DNA of 55,708 nucleotides from Opitutaceae bacterium (GTDB lineage: Bacteria > Verrucomicrobiota > Verrucomicrobiia > Opitutales > Opitutaceae), in assembly GCA_035656575.1 (NCBI GenBank), contig DASRSH010000295.1, positions 1 to 55,708 of the forward strand, in the 5' to 3' direction. Below the pieces are notes generated by a model that worked only from the letters and a program-made list of their open reading frames with translations, was not told where the DNA came from and did no database searches. A program made the translations under genes and the position numbers. Shown piece after piece: positions 37,782 to 47,461 of the stretch (positions are counted from its first letter, which is position 1; the number at the start of each line of letters is the position of its first letter).

Positions 37782-38546
37782 CTAGCGCAATTGCAGGCTT
37801 TCGACGGTCACCACGACGTCGTGGCTGCGGGGAATCGGCTCGACCGTCCCGTAAACGCTGACCGTATGGCCGATGTATTTTTGCATCTGCTCGGTGAGCA
37901 AAAGCTTGTGGACGTCGAGATAGGCCAGGCGGCTTCCGCTCGCATCGAGCAGTTCCCAGTCATAGGGCCGGGCGGGGCCGATCCAGCGATGCGTCGAGGC
38001 GAAGCGGCCCTCGAAATATTGCGGCCCGGTCAGCGCGGACGTCACATCGACGGGATGGCCGGGTCCGCTGGGCGCGGGGACGGGCGCCTCCGAAGCCCCG
38101 GCCGGGGCGGACGGAAGCGGGGAGGAACCGGCCGCGACGGCCGGCGATGGCCCCAAGGGAATGTAGCCGATGAGCGGCTGCTCCAGGCTGACCTGCGTCC
38201 AGCGGCCGTGCAGGCCGGTGATGGTGATCTTGTCGCCCCGCGCGGCGGAAGCGAGAACGTTGGCGTCGGGCCGGGGCTCGAGGTACAGGGGGGTGCCGGG
38301 TTTGACGTCCAGGTCCTTGGTCAGCGCCGTGCTGGGCACGTACGCGGTGAAGGGTCCGGGAAGGCTGACGGCCATCCACCCGTCAGGCGCGGATCCCGCC
38401 GCTTGGGGCTCGGTGCCGGCCTTGAGGTAGCCGACGATCGGGGCGGCGGCATCGGGCCGGGTCTGCACCGCGGTCGTGGCGGTAAGAGGGGCCGCGCGCC
38501 CGGCGGCGGCGGCCAGAAGAAGAAGGCAAAGGCAGCGAGCGTTCAT
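37782..38546 (-). CDS. Secreted hypothetical protein, possibly with SH3b-like repeats
   Basis: Signal peptide [20 protein letters not shown]. Two similar segments (...[11 protein letters not shown]...WMAVSL / ...[25 protein letters not shown]) resemble bacterial SH3 modules, joined by a Pro/Ala/Ser linker. Packed between rluB-type and folD with gaps of 3-4 nt. Confidence 0.55.
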   Translation of the reverse strand: MNARCLCLLLLAAAAGRAAPLTATTAVQTRPDAAAPIVGYLKAGTEPQAAGSAPDGWMAVSLPGPFTAYVPSTALTKDLDVKPGTPLYLEPRPDANVLASAARGDKITITGLHGRWTQVSLEQPLIGYIPLGPSPAVAAGSSPLPSAPAGASEAPVPAPSGPGHPVDVTSALTGPQYFEGRFASTHRWIGPARPYDWELLDASGSRLAYLDVHKLLLTEQMQKYIGHTVSVYGTVEPIPRSHDVVVTVESLQLR

Positions 38547-38549
38547 GGA

Positions 38550-39329
38550 TTACGGGAGGGATTCCGCGGACGCAGTCCACGCGGCGCGCGGGGTCCGAGG
38601 CGAATGAAAGAGTTGGTCAATCTCCTTGGTAGAAAGTTGTCTGCCTCCGCGCAATGGGATTCCCTGCAAGCGGATGGCACCTATCTGGTAGCGCCGCAGC
38701 CGCCGGACGTCGTAGCCGAGGACGGTGAGCAACTGGCGGATCTCCCGTTTCTTGCCGTGCTCCATATGCAGGTCCAGATCGCGGGACTCTCCGGCCGGGC
38801 TGGCGTTGACCAGGGACGCCCGCTCGACCTTGAGCCGCTCCCCCTCCACCGTGATGCCCTTCACGAGCAGCGGCAGCCGGGCGGCCGGAAACGGGTTCTT
38901 GAGCGAGACGTGGTAGCGCTTGACCACGCGGTGGGACGGATGCATCAGCCGGTTGGCCAGATCGCCGTCGGTGGTCAGGATCACGAGTCCTTCGCTCTCC
39001 TTGTCCAGCCGCCCGGCGCAAAAGAAGCGCAGGCGTGCCAGTTCGCGCGGCACCAGGCTGAAGACGTTTTCCGGATTGAAGGGGTCGTCGTTGGAGCAGA
39101 CCAGGCCCCGGGGTTTGTGCACGACCAGCGTGATCTTCGGCTGCGCGGTCGCGCGGACCGTCTTGCCCTCGACCGTCACCTTGTCGGCGCCCGGGACGAT
39201 CTTCTGGCCCGGCACCGCGGCCTTGCCGTTCACCCACACCTCGCCGGCGGCGATCAGGGCTTCGGCCGCGCGCCGCGAACAGACGCCGGCGTCAGCGAGG
39301 TACTTTTGCAGCCGGACATCCTCTGACAT
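38550..39329 (-). CDS. RsuA/RluB-family rRNA pseudouridine synthase with S4 domain
   Basis: Track ORF 38550..39458 trimmed to the ATG at 39329. RLQKYLADAGVCSRRAAEALI (S4), GRLDKESEGLVILTTDG (catalytic Asp motif), KREIRQL. Confidence 0.85.
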   Translation of the reverse strand: MSEDVRLQKYLADAGVCSRRAAEALIAAGEVWVNGKAAVPGQKIVPGADKVTVEGKTVRATAQPKITLVVHKPRGLVCSNDDPFNPENVFSLVPRELARLRFFCAGRLDKESEGLVILTTDGDLANRLMHPSHRVVKRYHVSLKNPFPAARLPLLVKGITVEGERLKVERASLVNASPAGESRDLDLHMEHGKKREIRQLLTVLGYDVRRLRRYQIGAIRLQGIPLRGGRQLSTKEIDQLFHSPRTPRAAWTASAESLP

Positions 39330-39403
39330 CGCGCCACGCTGGGGCCGAATTTTGACCTTTTCAATCCCACGCTGAGAAACTATGGCTGACCCTTCGTCCT
39401 GCG

Positions 39404-40567
39404 ATGTCCGAGACCGAAGCCGCTTCCGCGTACACCAAAGACAATCCGTTTCCCGCACGGGTGGTCGAGTCGCGGGTCCTCAACCGGCCGGGCACGGCCA
39501 AGGAGACGCGGCACTTCGCGGTCAGCATCGTGGGCAGCGGCCTGCGCTACAAGGCGGGAGATTCGCTGGGCGTGTTTCCGACGAACCGCCCGGCGGATGT
39601 CGACGAGATCGTCCGGCGCCTGGGCGCTTCGGGGGACGAGCCGGTGATGCTGCCCAAGGCGGCGGGGGCGCTGCCGCTGCGCGAGGTTCTCTTCAGCCGG
39701 GTCGCCCTCAGCGCGCCGACCCGCAAGTTCGTCGAGACGCTGGCCGGCCGCGCCACCGACCCGGCGCAGAAGGCGCGCCTGGCCGGCCTGCTCGCGCCCG
39801 ACGCCAAGGATCTGCTGGCCGAGTATCTGGCCGAACGCGAATTCGTCGACCTGCTGGAGGAATTCCCCAGCGCGCGCCTCTCGCCCCAGGAGCTGGTCGA
39901 GCAGATGCGCCGGCTCATGCCGCGTCTCTATTCGATCGCCTCGTCTCCGCGCGTCTTTCCCGCCGAGGTGCACCTGACCGTGGCGGTCGTGCGCTACCGC
40001 ACGAACCAGCGCGACCGCGTCGGCGTCTGCTCGAGCTTCCTCGCCGACCGGGTCCAGGTCGGCCAGACGCCCGTGCCGGTCTTCGTTTCCCATTCGCATT
40101 TCGGGCCGCCGGAGGACCCGGCCCGGGACGCGATCATGGTCGGGCCGGGCACCGGCATCGCGCCGTTTCGCGCCTTCGTCCAGGACCGCGAGGCGGCCGG
40201 GGCGGCCGGCCGCAACTGGGTCTTTTTCGGCGACCAGCACCGCGCGACGGATTTTCTTTACGAGGAGGAATGGAAGCAGTTCCAGGAGCGCGGGGTGCTC
40301 CACCGCCTGGATACGGCCTTTTCGCGGGACCAGCCGCAAAAGATCTACGTGCAGGACCGGATGCGCGAGCAGGCGGCCGAGATCTGGAGCTGGCTGCAGG
40401 GCGGAGCGCACTTCTACGTCTGCGGCGACGCCAAGCGCATGGCCAAGGATGTCGACACCGCGCTGCTCGACATCGTGGCGGGGCAGGGCGGAATGGATCC
40501 GGCCCGGGCCGCCGATTACGTCAAGCAGCTCAAGAAGGACAAGCGCTACCAGCGCGACGTGTACTGA
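39404..40567 (+). CDS. CysJ-like FAD/NADPH oxidoreductase (sulfite reductase flavoprotein C-terminal module; no flavodoxin domain)
   Basis: RLYSIASSP (FAD RxYS), GVCSSFL, MVGPGTGIAPFRAF (NADPH), YVQDRM, FYVCGDAKRMAKDV and a C-terminal ...RYQRDVY, the diflavin-reductase FNR-like half. No FMN-binding region is encoded upstream. Confidence 0.8.
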   Translation: MSETEAASAYTKDNPFPARVVESRVLNRPGTAKETRHFAVSIVGSGLRYKAGDSLGVFPTNRPADVDEIVRRLGASGDEPVMLPKAAGALPLREVLFSRVALSAPTRKFVETLAGRATDPAQKARLAGLLAPDAKDLLAEYLAEREFVDLLEEFPSARLSPQELVEQMRRLMPRLYSIASSPRVFPAEVHLTVAVVRYRTNQRDRVGVCSSFLADRVQVGQTPVPVFVSHSHFGPPEDPARDAIMVGPGTGIAPFRAFVQDREAAGAAGRNWVFFGDQHRATDFLYEEEWKQFQERGVLHRLDTAFSRDQPQKIYVQDRMREQAAEIWSWLQGGAHFYVCGDAKRMAKDVDTALLDIVAGQGGMDPARAADYVKQLKKDKRYQRDVY

Positions 40568-40570
40568 TTT

Positions 40571-41320
40571 ATGCTGACCTACAATTCCCGGACGGCGCTC
40601 GTCACCGGAGCGGGCCGCGGCATCGGCAAGGCCATCGCGCAGACGCTGGCGCAGGCCGGCGTCGCCGTGATCTGCGTCTCCAAGTCGGCCGAATCCTGCG
40701 GGGCGACGGCGGCGGCCATCACCGCCGCCGGCGGCAAGGCGAAGGCCCTGGCGGTCGACGTGGCGGACGGCGCCGCGGTGGCGGCGGCGGCGGCCAGCCT
40801 CCTGGCGGAGTTCCCGGCCATCGACATCCTGGTGAATAACGCCGGGATCACCCGCGACGGCCTGCTGTTCCGCATGAGCGAGGCGGATTGGAACGATGTC
40901 CTCGCGACGAACCTGACGAGCTGCTTCCACTGGACCAAGGCCCTGGCCCGGCCGATGACCCGCGCCCGCTGGGGGCGCATCATCAACATCGCCTCCGTCA
41001 GCGGCATCATGGGCAACGCCGGCCAGGCGAACTATTCCGCCGCCAAGGCCGGCATGATCGGCCTGACCAAGACCCTCGCGCGTGAATTCGCCTCGCGCAA
41101 CATCACGGTCAACGCGGTGGCGCCCGGCTTCATCAAGACCGACATGACCACCGATTTCGTCAACCAGCCGGAGGTGTCCGCCAAGATCCTTGAAGCCGTG
41201 CCCCTTAAGCGGTTCGGGGAGCCGGCCGACATCGCCGCGATGACGGCTTTTCTCGCTTCCGAGGAAGCCGGATACATTACAGGCCAAGTTTTTACCGTTG
41301 ACGGCGGCATGGCGATGTGA
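40571..41320 (+). CDS. fabG: 3-oxoacyl-[ACP] reductase
   Basis: [30 protein letters not shown]...YSAAKAG (S-YxxxK triad), [12 protein letters not shown]. Confidence 0.9.
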   Translation: MLTYNSRTALVTGAGRGIGKAIAQTLAQAGVAVICVSKSAESCGATAAAITAAGGKAKALAVDVADGAAVAAAAASLLAEFPAIDILVNNAGITRDGLLFRMSEADWNDVLATNLTSCFHWTKALARPMTRARWGRIINIASVSGIMGNAGQANYSAAKAGMIGLTKTLAREFASRNITVNAVAPGFIKTDMTTDFVNQPEVSAKILEAVPLKRFGEPADIAAMTAFLASEEAGYITGQVFTVDGGMAM

Positions 41321-41358
41321 AGTGTCCGAACAGCCCGTTTTTTTCATCTTTCCCGCCA

Positions 41359-41622
41359 ATGGCCGACCAAAAATCCATCGAACAACGCGTCAAGGAGATC
41401 ATCGTTAACCAGCTCAATGTTAACGAGGAGCAAATCACTCCCACGGCCTCCTTTCTCGACGACCTCGGTGCCGACTCGCTCGATACCGTGGAGCTGATCA
41501 TGGCGTTTGAAGAGGAGTTCAAGGACGAGATCAAAGGCGAGATTCCCGAGTCGGACGCGGAAAAGCTCCAGACCGTGGGCCAGGTGGTGGACTACATCAA
41601 GGCCAAGGCCGGGCAGTCCTAA
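41359..41622 (+). CDS. acpP: Acyl carrier protein
   Basis: Track ORF 41317..41622 trimmed to the ATG at 41359. [19 protein letters not shown] contains the phosphopantetheine Ser (DSLD) motif. Confidence 0.95.
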   Translation: MADQKSIEQRVKEIIVNQLNVNEEQITPTASFLDDLGADSLDTVELIMAFEEEFKDEIKGEIPESDAEKLQTVGQVVDYIKAKAGQS

Positions 41623-41626
41623 GCTG

Positions 41627-41655
41627 GTTTCGTTTCCATTTCCGTTTCCGCTTCC
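41627..41655 (+). repeat. Five tandem imperfect hexamers (NTTTCC) in the acpP-fabF spacer
   Basis: gtttc-gtttcc-atttcc-gtttcc-gcttcc read directly. Pyrimidine-rich on the coding strand and in frame with both acpP and fabF. Confidence 0.85.
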
Positions 41656-41679
41656 AACCGCAGAGTCGTCGTCACCGGT

Positions 41680-42891
41680 TTGGGCGTGGTCACGTCCATC
41701 GGCCACGACGTGGCCGGCTTCTGGTCGTCGCTGGTGGCCGGCCGCAGCGGCGTGCGGCGGGTGACGCTGTTTGATCCCGCGGAATTTGCCTGCCAGATCG
41801 GCGCCGAGGTGCGCGACTGGGATCCGGCCAAGCTGTGGGACCCGAAGGAAGTGCGGCGCAACGACCGCTACACGCACTTCGGCTTCGTCGCCGCCCGGCA
41901 GGCCGTCGCCGACAGCGGCATCGACTTCACCCGGGAGGACGGCGACCGCGTCGGCGTGATTCTGGGTTCCGGGATCGGGGGCATGCACTATTACGAGACG
42001 CAGCTGCGCGTCCTGTGGGAGCGCGGCCCGCGCAAGGTGTCGCCCTTCACCATTCCGGCCCTGATCATCAACATGTGCTCGGGCCTGGTCGCCATCGAGT
42101 ACGGCGCGCGGGGCCCCAACTTCGGCGTCGTTTCGGCCTGCTCGTCCGGCACCCACGCCCTGGGCGAGGCCGCGCATGCGATCCGCCGCGGCGACGCCGA
42201 CGTGATGATCGCCGGCGGCGCCGAGGCCGCGATCACGCCATTCGCCTACGCGAGCTTCTGCGCGATGAAGGCGATGAGCACGCGCAACGATGCGCCGGAA
42301 AAGGCGAGCCGGCCGTTCGACCGCCAGCGCGACGGATTCGTCATGGGCGAAGGCGCCGGCATCCTGATCCTCGAATCGCTGGAGCACGCGCAGGCGCGGG
42401 GGGCGCGCATCTATTGCGAGCTGGCGGGTTACGCCGCCACCTGCGACGCCTTTCATATCACGCAGCCCGATCCCGACGGCCGGGGCCTGTCGCTGGCGAT
42501 GCGCCGGGCGCTGGCATCGGCCGGAGTGGGCCCCGGCGAGGTGGACTACATCAACGCGCACGGGACCTCGACCCCGTACAACGACAAGTACGAGACCCTG
42601 GCGATCAAGCGGGTGTTTGGCGACCACGCCGCGCGGGTCGCCATCAGTTCGACCAAGTCGATGACGGGACATTTATTGGGCGCCGCGGGCGCCATCGAAG
42701 GCGTAATTGCCGTCAAAGTGCTCGAAACCGGCGTCATACCGCCGACAATCAACCTTGAAGAGCCAGATCCGGATTGCGACCTGGATTATGTACCCAATGC
42801 CGCCCGCCGTGCGTCAGTCCGTTGCGTGCTGAGTAATAATCTTGGTTTTGGGGGGCAGAATGCGGCTGCGGTGTTTCGCGCGCTGTCCTAG
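41680..42891 (+). CDS. fabF: 3-oxoacyl-[ACP] synthase II
   Basis: ACSSG (active-site Cys), NAHGTSTP and [12 protein letters not shown] motifs. The track start is the TTG at 41680, but the conserved FabF N-terminus RRVVVTGLG is encoded in frame upstream (41659 onward). The true start is probably upstream and non-canonical. Confidence 0.9.
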   Translation: MGVVTSIGHDVAGFWSSLVAGRSGVRRVTLFDPAEFACQIGAEVRDWDPAKLWDPKEVRRNDRYTHFGFVAARQAVADSGIDFTREDGDRVGVILGSGIGGMHYYETQLRVLWERGPRKVSPFTIPALIINMCSGLVAIEYGARGPNFGVVSACSSGTHALGEAAHAIRRGDADVMIAGGAEAAITPFAYASFCAMKAMSTRNDAPEKASRPFDRQRDGFVMGEGAGILILESLEHAQARGARIYCELAGYAATCDAFHITQPDPDGRGLSLAMRRALASAGVGPGEVDYINAHGTSTPYNDKYETLAIKRVFGDHAARVAISSTKSMTGHLLGAAGAIEGVIAVKVLETGVIPPTINLEEPDPDCDLDYVPNAARRASVRCVLSNNLGFGGQNAAAVFRALS

Positions 42892-42965
42892 CACCCCACG
42901 TTTCATTCCCTTAGGGAGATTTCCGTTCCGGACCGGCGTGGCGCGCATTAGGTCTGGACCGGAGG

Positions 42966-44330
42966 GTGCATTTGCAAATCCTTACCACTATGCCTGAAGA
43001 GCCGTCTTCATTGAACCCCTCCCGGCGGACGGAGCCGGCCGGCCAGCCTGGCCACGGTGGACACTCCCATCATGGGCATGGCCACTCCCATCATCCGCAC
43101 CATCCCCGCGCGCATTCCGCCGATGGCGGTGAGCGTCACGGGGGCCGGCGCCGCCGGCGCATCTGGCCGTGGATTGTCGGCCTGCTCGCGATCGTATTCA
43201 TCTTTCTGATCATCCGGGGCCTGAAGCCGGCCAAGAAGCCCGCGGGCGGACCCCCGCCCTCGCGGGTCGCGGTGACCGCCGTGCGCCAGGGGAATCTCGA
43301 TATCACGCTGGACACCTTGGGCACGGTGACGCCCACCTACACCGACAATCTGGTCTCCCGGGTCGGCGGCGAGCTGACCGCGGTCTATTACAAGGAGGGG
43401 CAGATGGTGACCAAAGGCCAGTTGCTCGCGGTGGTCGATCCGCGGCCGTACCAGGCCGTCGTCGACCAAAGCAAGGGGCAGCTGGCCAAGGACCAGGCGG
43501 CCCTGAGCAATGCGCGGATCGATTTGCAGCGCTATCAGCAGGCCTACAAGGAGCACGCGATTCCCCAGCAGCAATTGGCGACGCAGCAGGCGACGGTGGA
43601 TCAGGACCTCGGCACGATCCAGGTCGACCAGGCCAACCTGGAGGCGGCCGAACTCAACGTCGACTATACGCAGATTCGCGCCCCGATTGACGGCCGCGTC
43701 GGCCTGCGAACGGTCGACCCGGGCAACCTGGTCGTCGCCAACAGCGGCACGATCGTGACGATCACGCAGATCAAGCCCATCACCGTCATCTTCACCCTGG
43801 CCGAGGACCAGATCGATCAGGTGTCCCGGCCGATGCTGGCCGGCCAGACCCTGCGCGTGGACGCCCTCGACCGCACGCTCGAACATACCCTGGGCCAGGG
43901 CACGCTGATCACGCTGGACAACCAGATCAACACCGCGACCGGCACGGTCCGCGGGCGGGCGAGCTTCGCCAACGCGAACGGCGCTCTCTTTCCCAATCAA
44001 TTCGTCAATGCGCGGCTCTATCTGCGCACGCTCACGAACGTCGCCCTGGTGCCGCTCGGCGCGGTCCAGCGCGACAACGACACGGCCACGGTCTATGTCG
44101 TGGACATGCAAACGAAGAAGGCGGAGCTGCGCACCGTGAAGCTGCTGGCGGTCGAGGGCAATACGGCGGCGCTGTCCGGGGTCAAGGCGGGCGAGGAAGT
44201 GGTCACGGACGGGTTCGACAAGCTCCAGAACGGCGCGCCGGTCCAGATCGGCGGCCAGCCCAAGTCCACGCCCAGCGCACCCGGCAGCCAGAGCAGCAGC
44301 ACCAGCACGGGTCCGGCCGGCCCCGAATGA
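42966..44330 (+). CDS. RND efflux periplasmic adaptor (MdtA-like membrane fusion protein) with a His-rich N-terminal tail
   Basis: TM anchor IWPWIVGLLAIVFIFLII, lipoyl halves (GQMVTKGQLLAVVDPRPY / IRAPIDGRVG), a coiled-coil hairpin and a beta-barrel. Start uncertain (GTG 42966 vs ATG 42990). Confidence 0.8.
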   Translation: MHLQILTTMPEEPSSLNPSRRTEPAGQPGHGGHSHHGHGHSHHPHHPRAHSADGGERHGGRRRRRIWPWIVGLLAIVFIFLIIRGLKPAKKPAGGPPPSRVAVTAVRQGNLDITLDTLGTVTPTYTDNLVSRVGGELTAVYYKEGQMVTKGQLLAVVDPRPYQAVVDQSKGQLAKDQAALSNARIDLQRYQQAYKEHAIPQQQLATQQATVDQDLGTIQVDQANLEAAELNVDYTQIRAPIDGRVGLRTVDPGNLVVANSGTIVTITQIKPITVIFTLAEDQIDQVSRPMLAGQTLRVDALDRTLEHTLGQGTLITLDNQINTATGTVRGRASFANANGALFPNQFVNARLYLRTLTNVALVPLGAVQRDNDTATVYVVDMQTKKAELRTVKLLAVEGNTAALSGVKAGEEVVTDGFDKLQNGAPVQIGGQPKSTPSAPGSQSSSTSTGPAGPE

Positions 44331-47300
44331 ATCCGTCCCGGCCGTTCATTCTCCGGCCCATCGCGACGTCGCTGCTGATGGTGGCGATCCTGTTGGTCGG
44401 GCTGATTTCGTACACCCTGCTGCCGATTGCGGCGCTGCCCGAGGTGGATTACCCCACCATGCAGATCACGACCTTTTACCCGGGCGCGAGCCCGGATGTC
44501 GTGGCCTCGGCGGTGACCGCGCCGCTGGAACGGCAGCTGGGCGAAGTGCCGGGACTGAACCAGATGCTCTCGACGAGCTCGGAGGGGGCGTCGGTCATCA
44601 CGCTGCAATTCACGCTCAGCCTGGACATCGACGTGGCCGAGCAGGAGGTCCAGGAGGCGATCAACGGCGCGCAAAGCTATCTGCCCGCCGGGCTGCCGCA
44701 GCCGCCGATCTACAGCAAGGTCAATCCGGCGGACGCGCCGATCCTGACGCTGGCCCTCACCTCGCAGACCATGCCGCTGGCGAATGTCGAGGACCTGGCC
44801 GACACGCGACTGGCCGAAAAGATCTCGCAGCTGTCCGGTGTCGGCGCCGTCACCATCAGCGGCGGCCAGAAGCCGGCGGTGCGCATCCAGGCCAACCCCG
44901 TGCAGCTCGCGGCCTACGGCCTCACCCTGGAAAACCTGCGCACGGCGCTCAACAACACGAGCCTGGACTCGGCCAAGGGCAGCTTCGAGGGGGCGACTCA
45001 AACCTACCAGATCGGCGCCAACGATCAGCTGACCACGGCCGCGCAGTACCGGTCCGTGATCGTCGCCTACCGCGATGGCGCCCCCGTCCGGCTGAGCGAC
45101 GTCGCGAATGTCCTGGACGGCGTCGAGAACAGCGAGGAGGCGGCCTGGATGAACCGCACGCCCGCGGTGATCCTGAACATCCAGCGGCAGCCGGGCGCCA
45201 ACATCATCCAGGTGGTCGACCGGATCACGGCCCTGCTGCCCAAGCTGAAGGCGACGCTGCCGTCCGCCGTGCACCTGACGATCCTCACCGACCGCACGAC
45301 CTCGGTGCGCGCGTCCGTCTCCGACGTGGAGTTCGAGCTGATGCTGTGCATTGCGCTGGTCGTGGCGGTGATCTTCGTCTTCCTGCGGACGCTGGCCGCG
45401 ACCATCATCCCCAGCGTGGCGGTGCCGCTGTCGCTCATCGGGACGTTCGCGGCCATGTACGCGCTGGGCTACAGCCTGAACAACCTCACGCTGATGGCCC
45501 TCACCATCTCGACCGGCTTCGTCGTCGACGACGCGATCGTCATGATCGAGAACATCACCCGCTACGTCGAGGAGGGCGACAGCGCGCTGGAGGCCGCGCT
45601 GAAGGGGGCCGAGCAGATCGGGTTCACGATCATGTCGCTGACGATCTCGCTCATCGCCGTGCTGATTCCGCTGCTGTTCATGGGCGACATCACGGGGCGG
45701 CTGTTCCGGGAATTCGCGGTCACGCTCAGCGTGACCATCCTGATTTCCGCGGCGGTGTCGCTGACCCTGACGCCGATGCTCTGCGCCAAGCTGCTCAAGC
45801 ACCGGCCGGAGTCGGAGCAGGGCCGCTTCTACCGCTGGTCGGAGCGGCAGTTCCAGCGCATCATCGACTTCTACGCCAGGACGCTGGACTGGGTCCTGAC
45901 CCACACGCGGCTCACCCTGCTGATCGCGGCCGCGACGCTGGTGGTGACGGTGCTGCTGTACCTGGTCATACCCAAGGGCTTCTTCCCCGTGCAGGATACG
46001 GGCGAGATCCAGGGGGTGTCGGAGGCGGACCAAAGCGTTTCCTTTGCCCGGATGTCGGAGCTGCAGCAGCGCCTCGGCGCCGCGATCCTGCAGGATCCCG
46101 CCGTGGCCAATCTCTCCTCGTTCATCGGGGTCGACGGAACGAACACCACGCTGAACAGCGGCCGGATCCAGATCAACCTGAAGGACCTGGCGGCGCGGCA
46201 CCACGTGAACGCGACGGACGTCATTCGCCGGCTCAACCGCCGCCTGGCCTCGATCCCCGGAATCACCCTGTACATGCAGCCGGTGCAGGACATTTCGGTC
46301 GAAGACATCGTCAGCCGGACCGAGTATCAATACACCCTGGAAGATCCGAACCTGGACGAGCTGGAGAAGTACGCCAGCGCCTTCGTCGCCAAGCTCAACG
46401 GCTTGCCCCAGCTGGCCGATGTCGCCAGCGACCTGCAGACCCGCGGCCGCGAGACCGTGCTCAATCTGGACCGCGCGACGGCGATGCGCCTCGGACTCAC
46501 CCCGACGGACATCGACAATGATTTGTACGACAGCTTCGGGCAGCGGGAGGTCTCGACCCTCTTCACCCAGCTCAACCAGTACCATGTGATCCTCGAGGTG
46601 CCGCCCGCCTTCCGGCAGACGCCCTCGGATTTGGCGGACATTTACGTGCAATCGAGCAGCGGCGGCCCCGTGCCGCTCGGCGCCCTGGCCAAAGCCCAGG
46701 ACCAGCTCGCGCCGATCCTGATTTCCCATCTGGGCCAGTTTCCGGCGACGACGATCTCGTTCAACCTGGCGCCCAAGGCGGCGCTGGGGGCGGCGATCAA
46801 GGCGATCGACCAGGTCGCCCGGCAAATGCCGCCGCCGGCGGCGATGCAGGCATCGTTCCAGGGTACGGCGCAGGCGTTCGTCAGCTCCCTGACGAACGAA
46901 CCGATTCTCATCCTGAGCGCGCTGGTGACCGTCTACATCGTCCTGGGCGTGCTCTACGAGAGCTACATTCACCCGATCACGATCCTCTCCACGCTGCCGT
47001 CGGCCGGGGTGGGGGCGCTGCTGGCGCTGCTGGTGTGCGGAACCGAGCTGACGGTCGTGGCGATCATCGGGATCGTGCTGCTGATCGGCATCGTGCAGAA
47101 GAACGCCATCATGATGATCGACTTCGCGCTCGAGGCGGAGCGGCAGCGCCGCAAGCCCGCGCGGGAGGCGATCCGCGAGGCGTGCCTGCTGCGCTTCCGG
47201 CCGATTCTCATGACCACCATGGCGGCGCTGCTGGGCGCCGTTCCGCTGGCCCTGGGACGCGGCATCGGCTCGGAACTGCGCCGGCCCCTGGGCATCACGA

Positions 47301-47461
47301 TCATCGGCGGCCTGATCTTCAGCCAGCTGCTCACGCTGTACACGACGCCCGTCGTGTACCTCTTCTTCGACCGCATTGCGCGGCGGTTCGGCGGCGCCGG
47401 CGGCCCGGTGCCGGTCGGCCAGCCCAAGCCGGAGGCGCAGCCGGCGCACAGCGCGTCATGA
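44327..47461 (+). CDS. RND multidrug efflux permease (MdtB-like)
   Basis: 1044 aa. FILRPIATSLLMVAILL..., 12-TM RND architecture, GIVQKNAIMMIDFA motif. ATGA overlap with the adaptor gene. Confidence 0.9.
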   Translation: MNPSRPFILRPIATSLLMVAILLVGLISYTLLPIAALPEVDYPTMQITTFYPGASPDVVASAVTAPLERQLGEVPGLNQMLSTSSEGASVITLQFTLSLDIDVAEQEVQEAINGAQSYLPAGLPQPPIYSKVNPADAPILTLALTSQTMPLANVEDLADTRLAEKISQLSGVGAVTISGGQKPAVRIQANPVQLAAYGLTLENLRTALNNTSLDSAKGSFEGATQTYQIGANDQLTTAAQYRSVIVAYRDGAPVRLSDVANVLDGVENSEEAAWMNRTPAVILNIQRQPGANIIQVVDRITALLPKLKATLPSAVHLTILTDRTTSVRASVSDVEFELMLCIALVVAVIFVFLRTLAATIIPSVAVPLSLIGTFAAMYALGYSLNNLTLMALTISTGFVVDDAIVMIENITRYVEEGDSALEAALKGAEQIGFTIMSLTISLIAVLIPLLFMGDITGRLFREFAVTLSVTILISAAVSLTLTPMLCAKLLKHRPESEQGRFYRWSERQFQRIIDFYARTLDWVLTHTRLTLLIAAATLVVTVLLYLVIPKGFFPVQDTGEIQGVSEADQSVSFARMSELQQRLGAAILQDPAVANLSSFIGVDGTNTTLNSGRIQINLKDLAARHHVNATDVIRRLNRRLASIPGITLYMQPVQDISVEDIVSRTEYQYTLEDPNLDELEKYASAFVAKLNGLPQLADVASDLQTRGRETVLNLDRATAMRLGLTPTDIDNDLYDSFGQREVSTLFTQLNQYHVILEVPPAFRQTPSDLADIYVQSSSGGPVPLGALAKAQDQLAPILISHLGQFPATTISFNLAPKAALGAAIKAIDQVARQMPPPAAMQASFQGTAQAFVSSLTNEPILILSALVTVYIVLGVLYESYIHPITILSTLPSAGVGALLALLVCGTELTVVAIIGIVLLIGIVQKNAIMMIDFALEAERQRRKPAREAIREACLLRFRPILMTTMAALLGAVPLALGRGIGSELRRPLGITIIGGLIFSQLLTLYTTPVVYLFFDRIARRFGGAGGPVPVGQPKPEAQPAHSAS

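Noticed and set aside
44093-47449. 1118-aa ORF antisense to the MdtB-like gene. Similar very long antisense or out-of-frame ORFs occur at 47818..50160, 10515..12659, 21987..23963, 18379..20196, 39380..41359, 1646..2737 and 13176..14717.
   Set aside because: The translations are Arg/Ala/Gly/Pro/His-rich low-complexity strings with no recognisable motifs. They lie opposite genes with strong family signatures. Stop-free antisense frames are expected in a genome this GC-rich.
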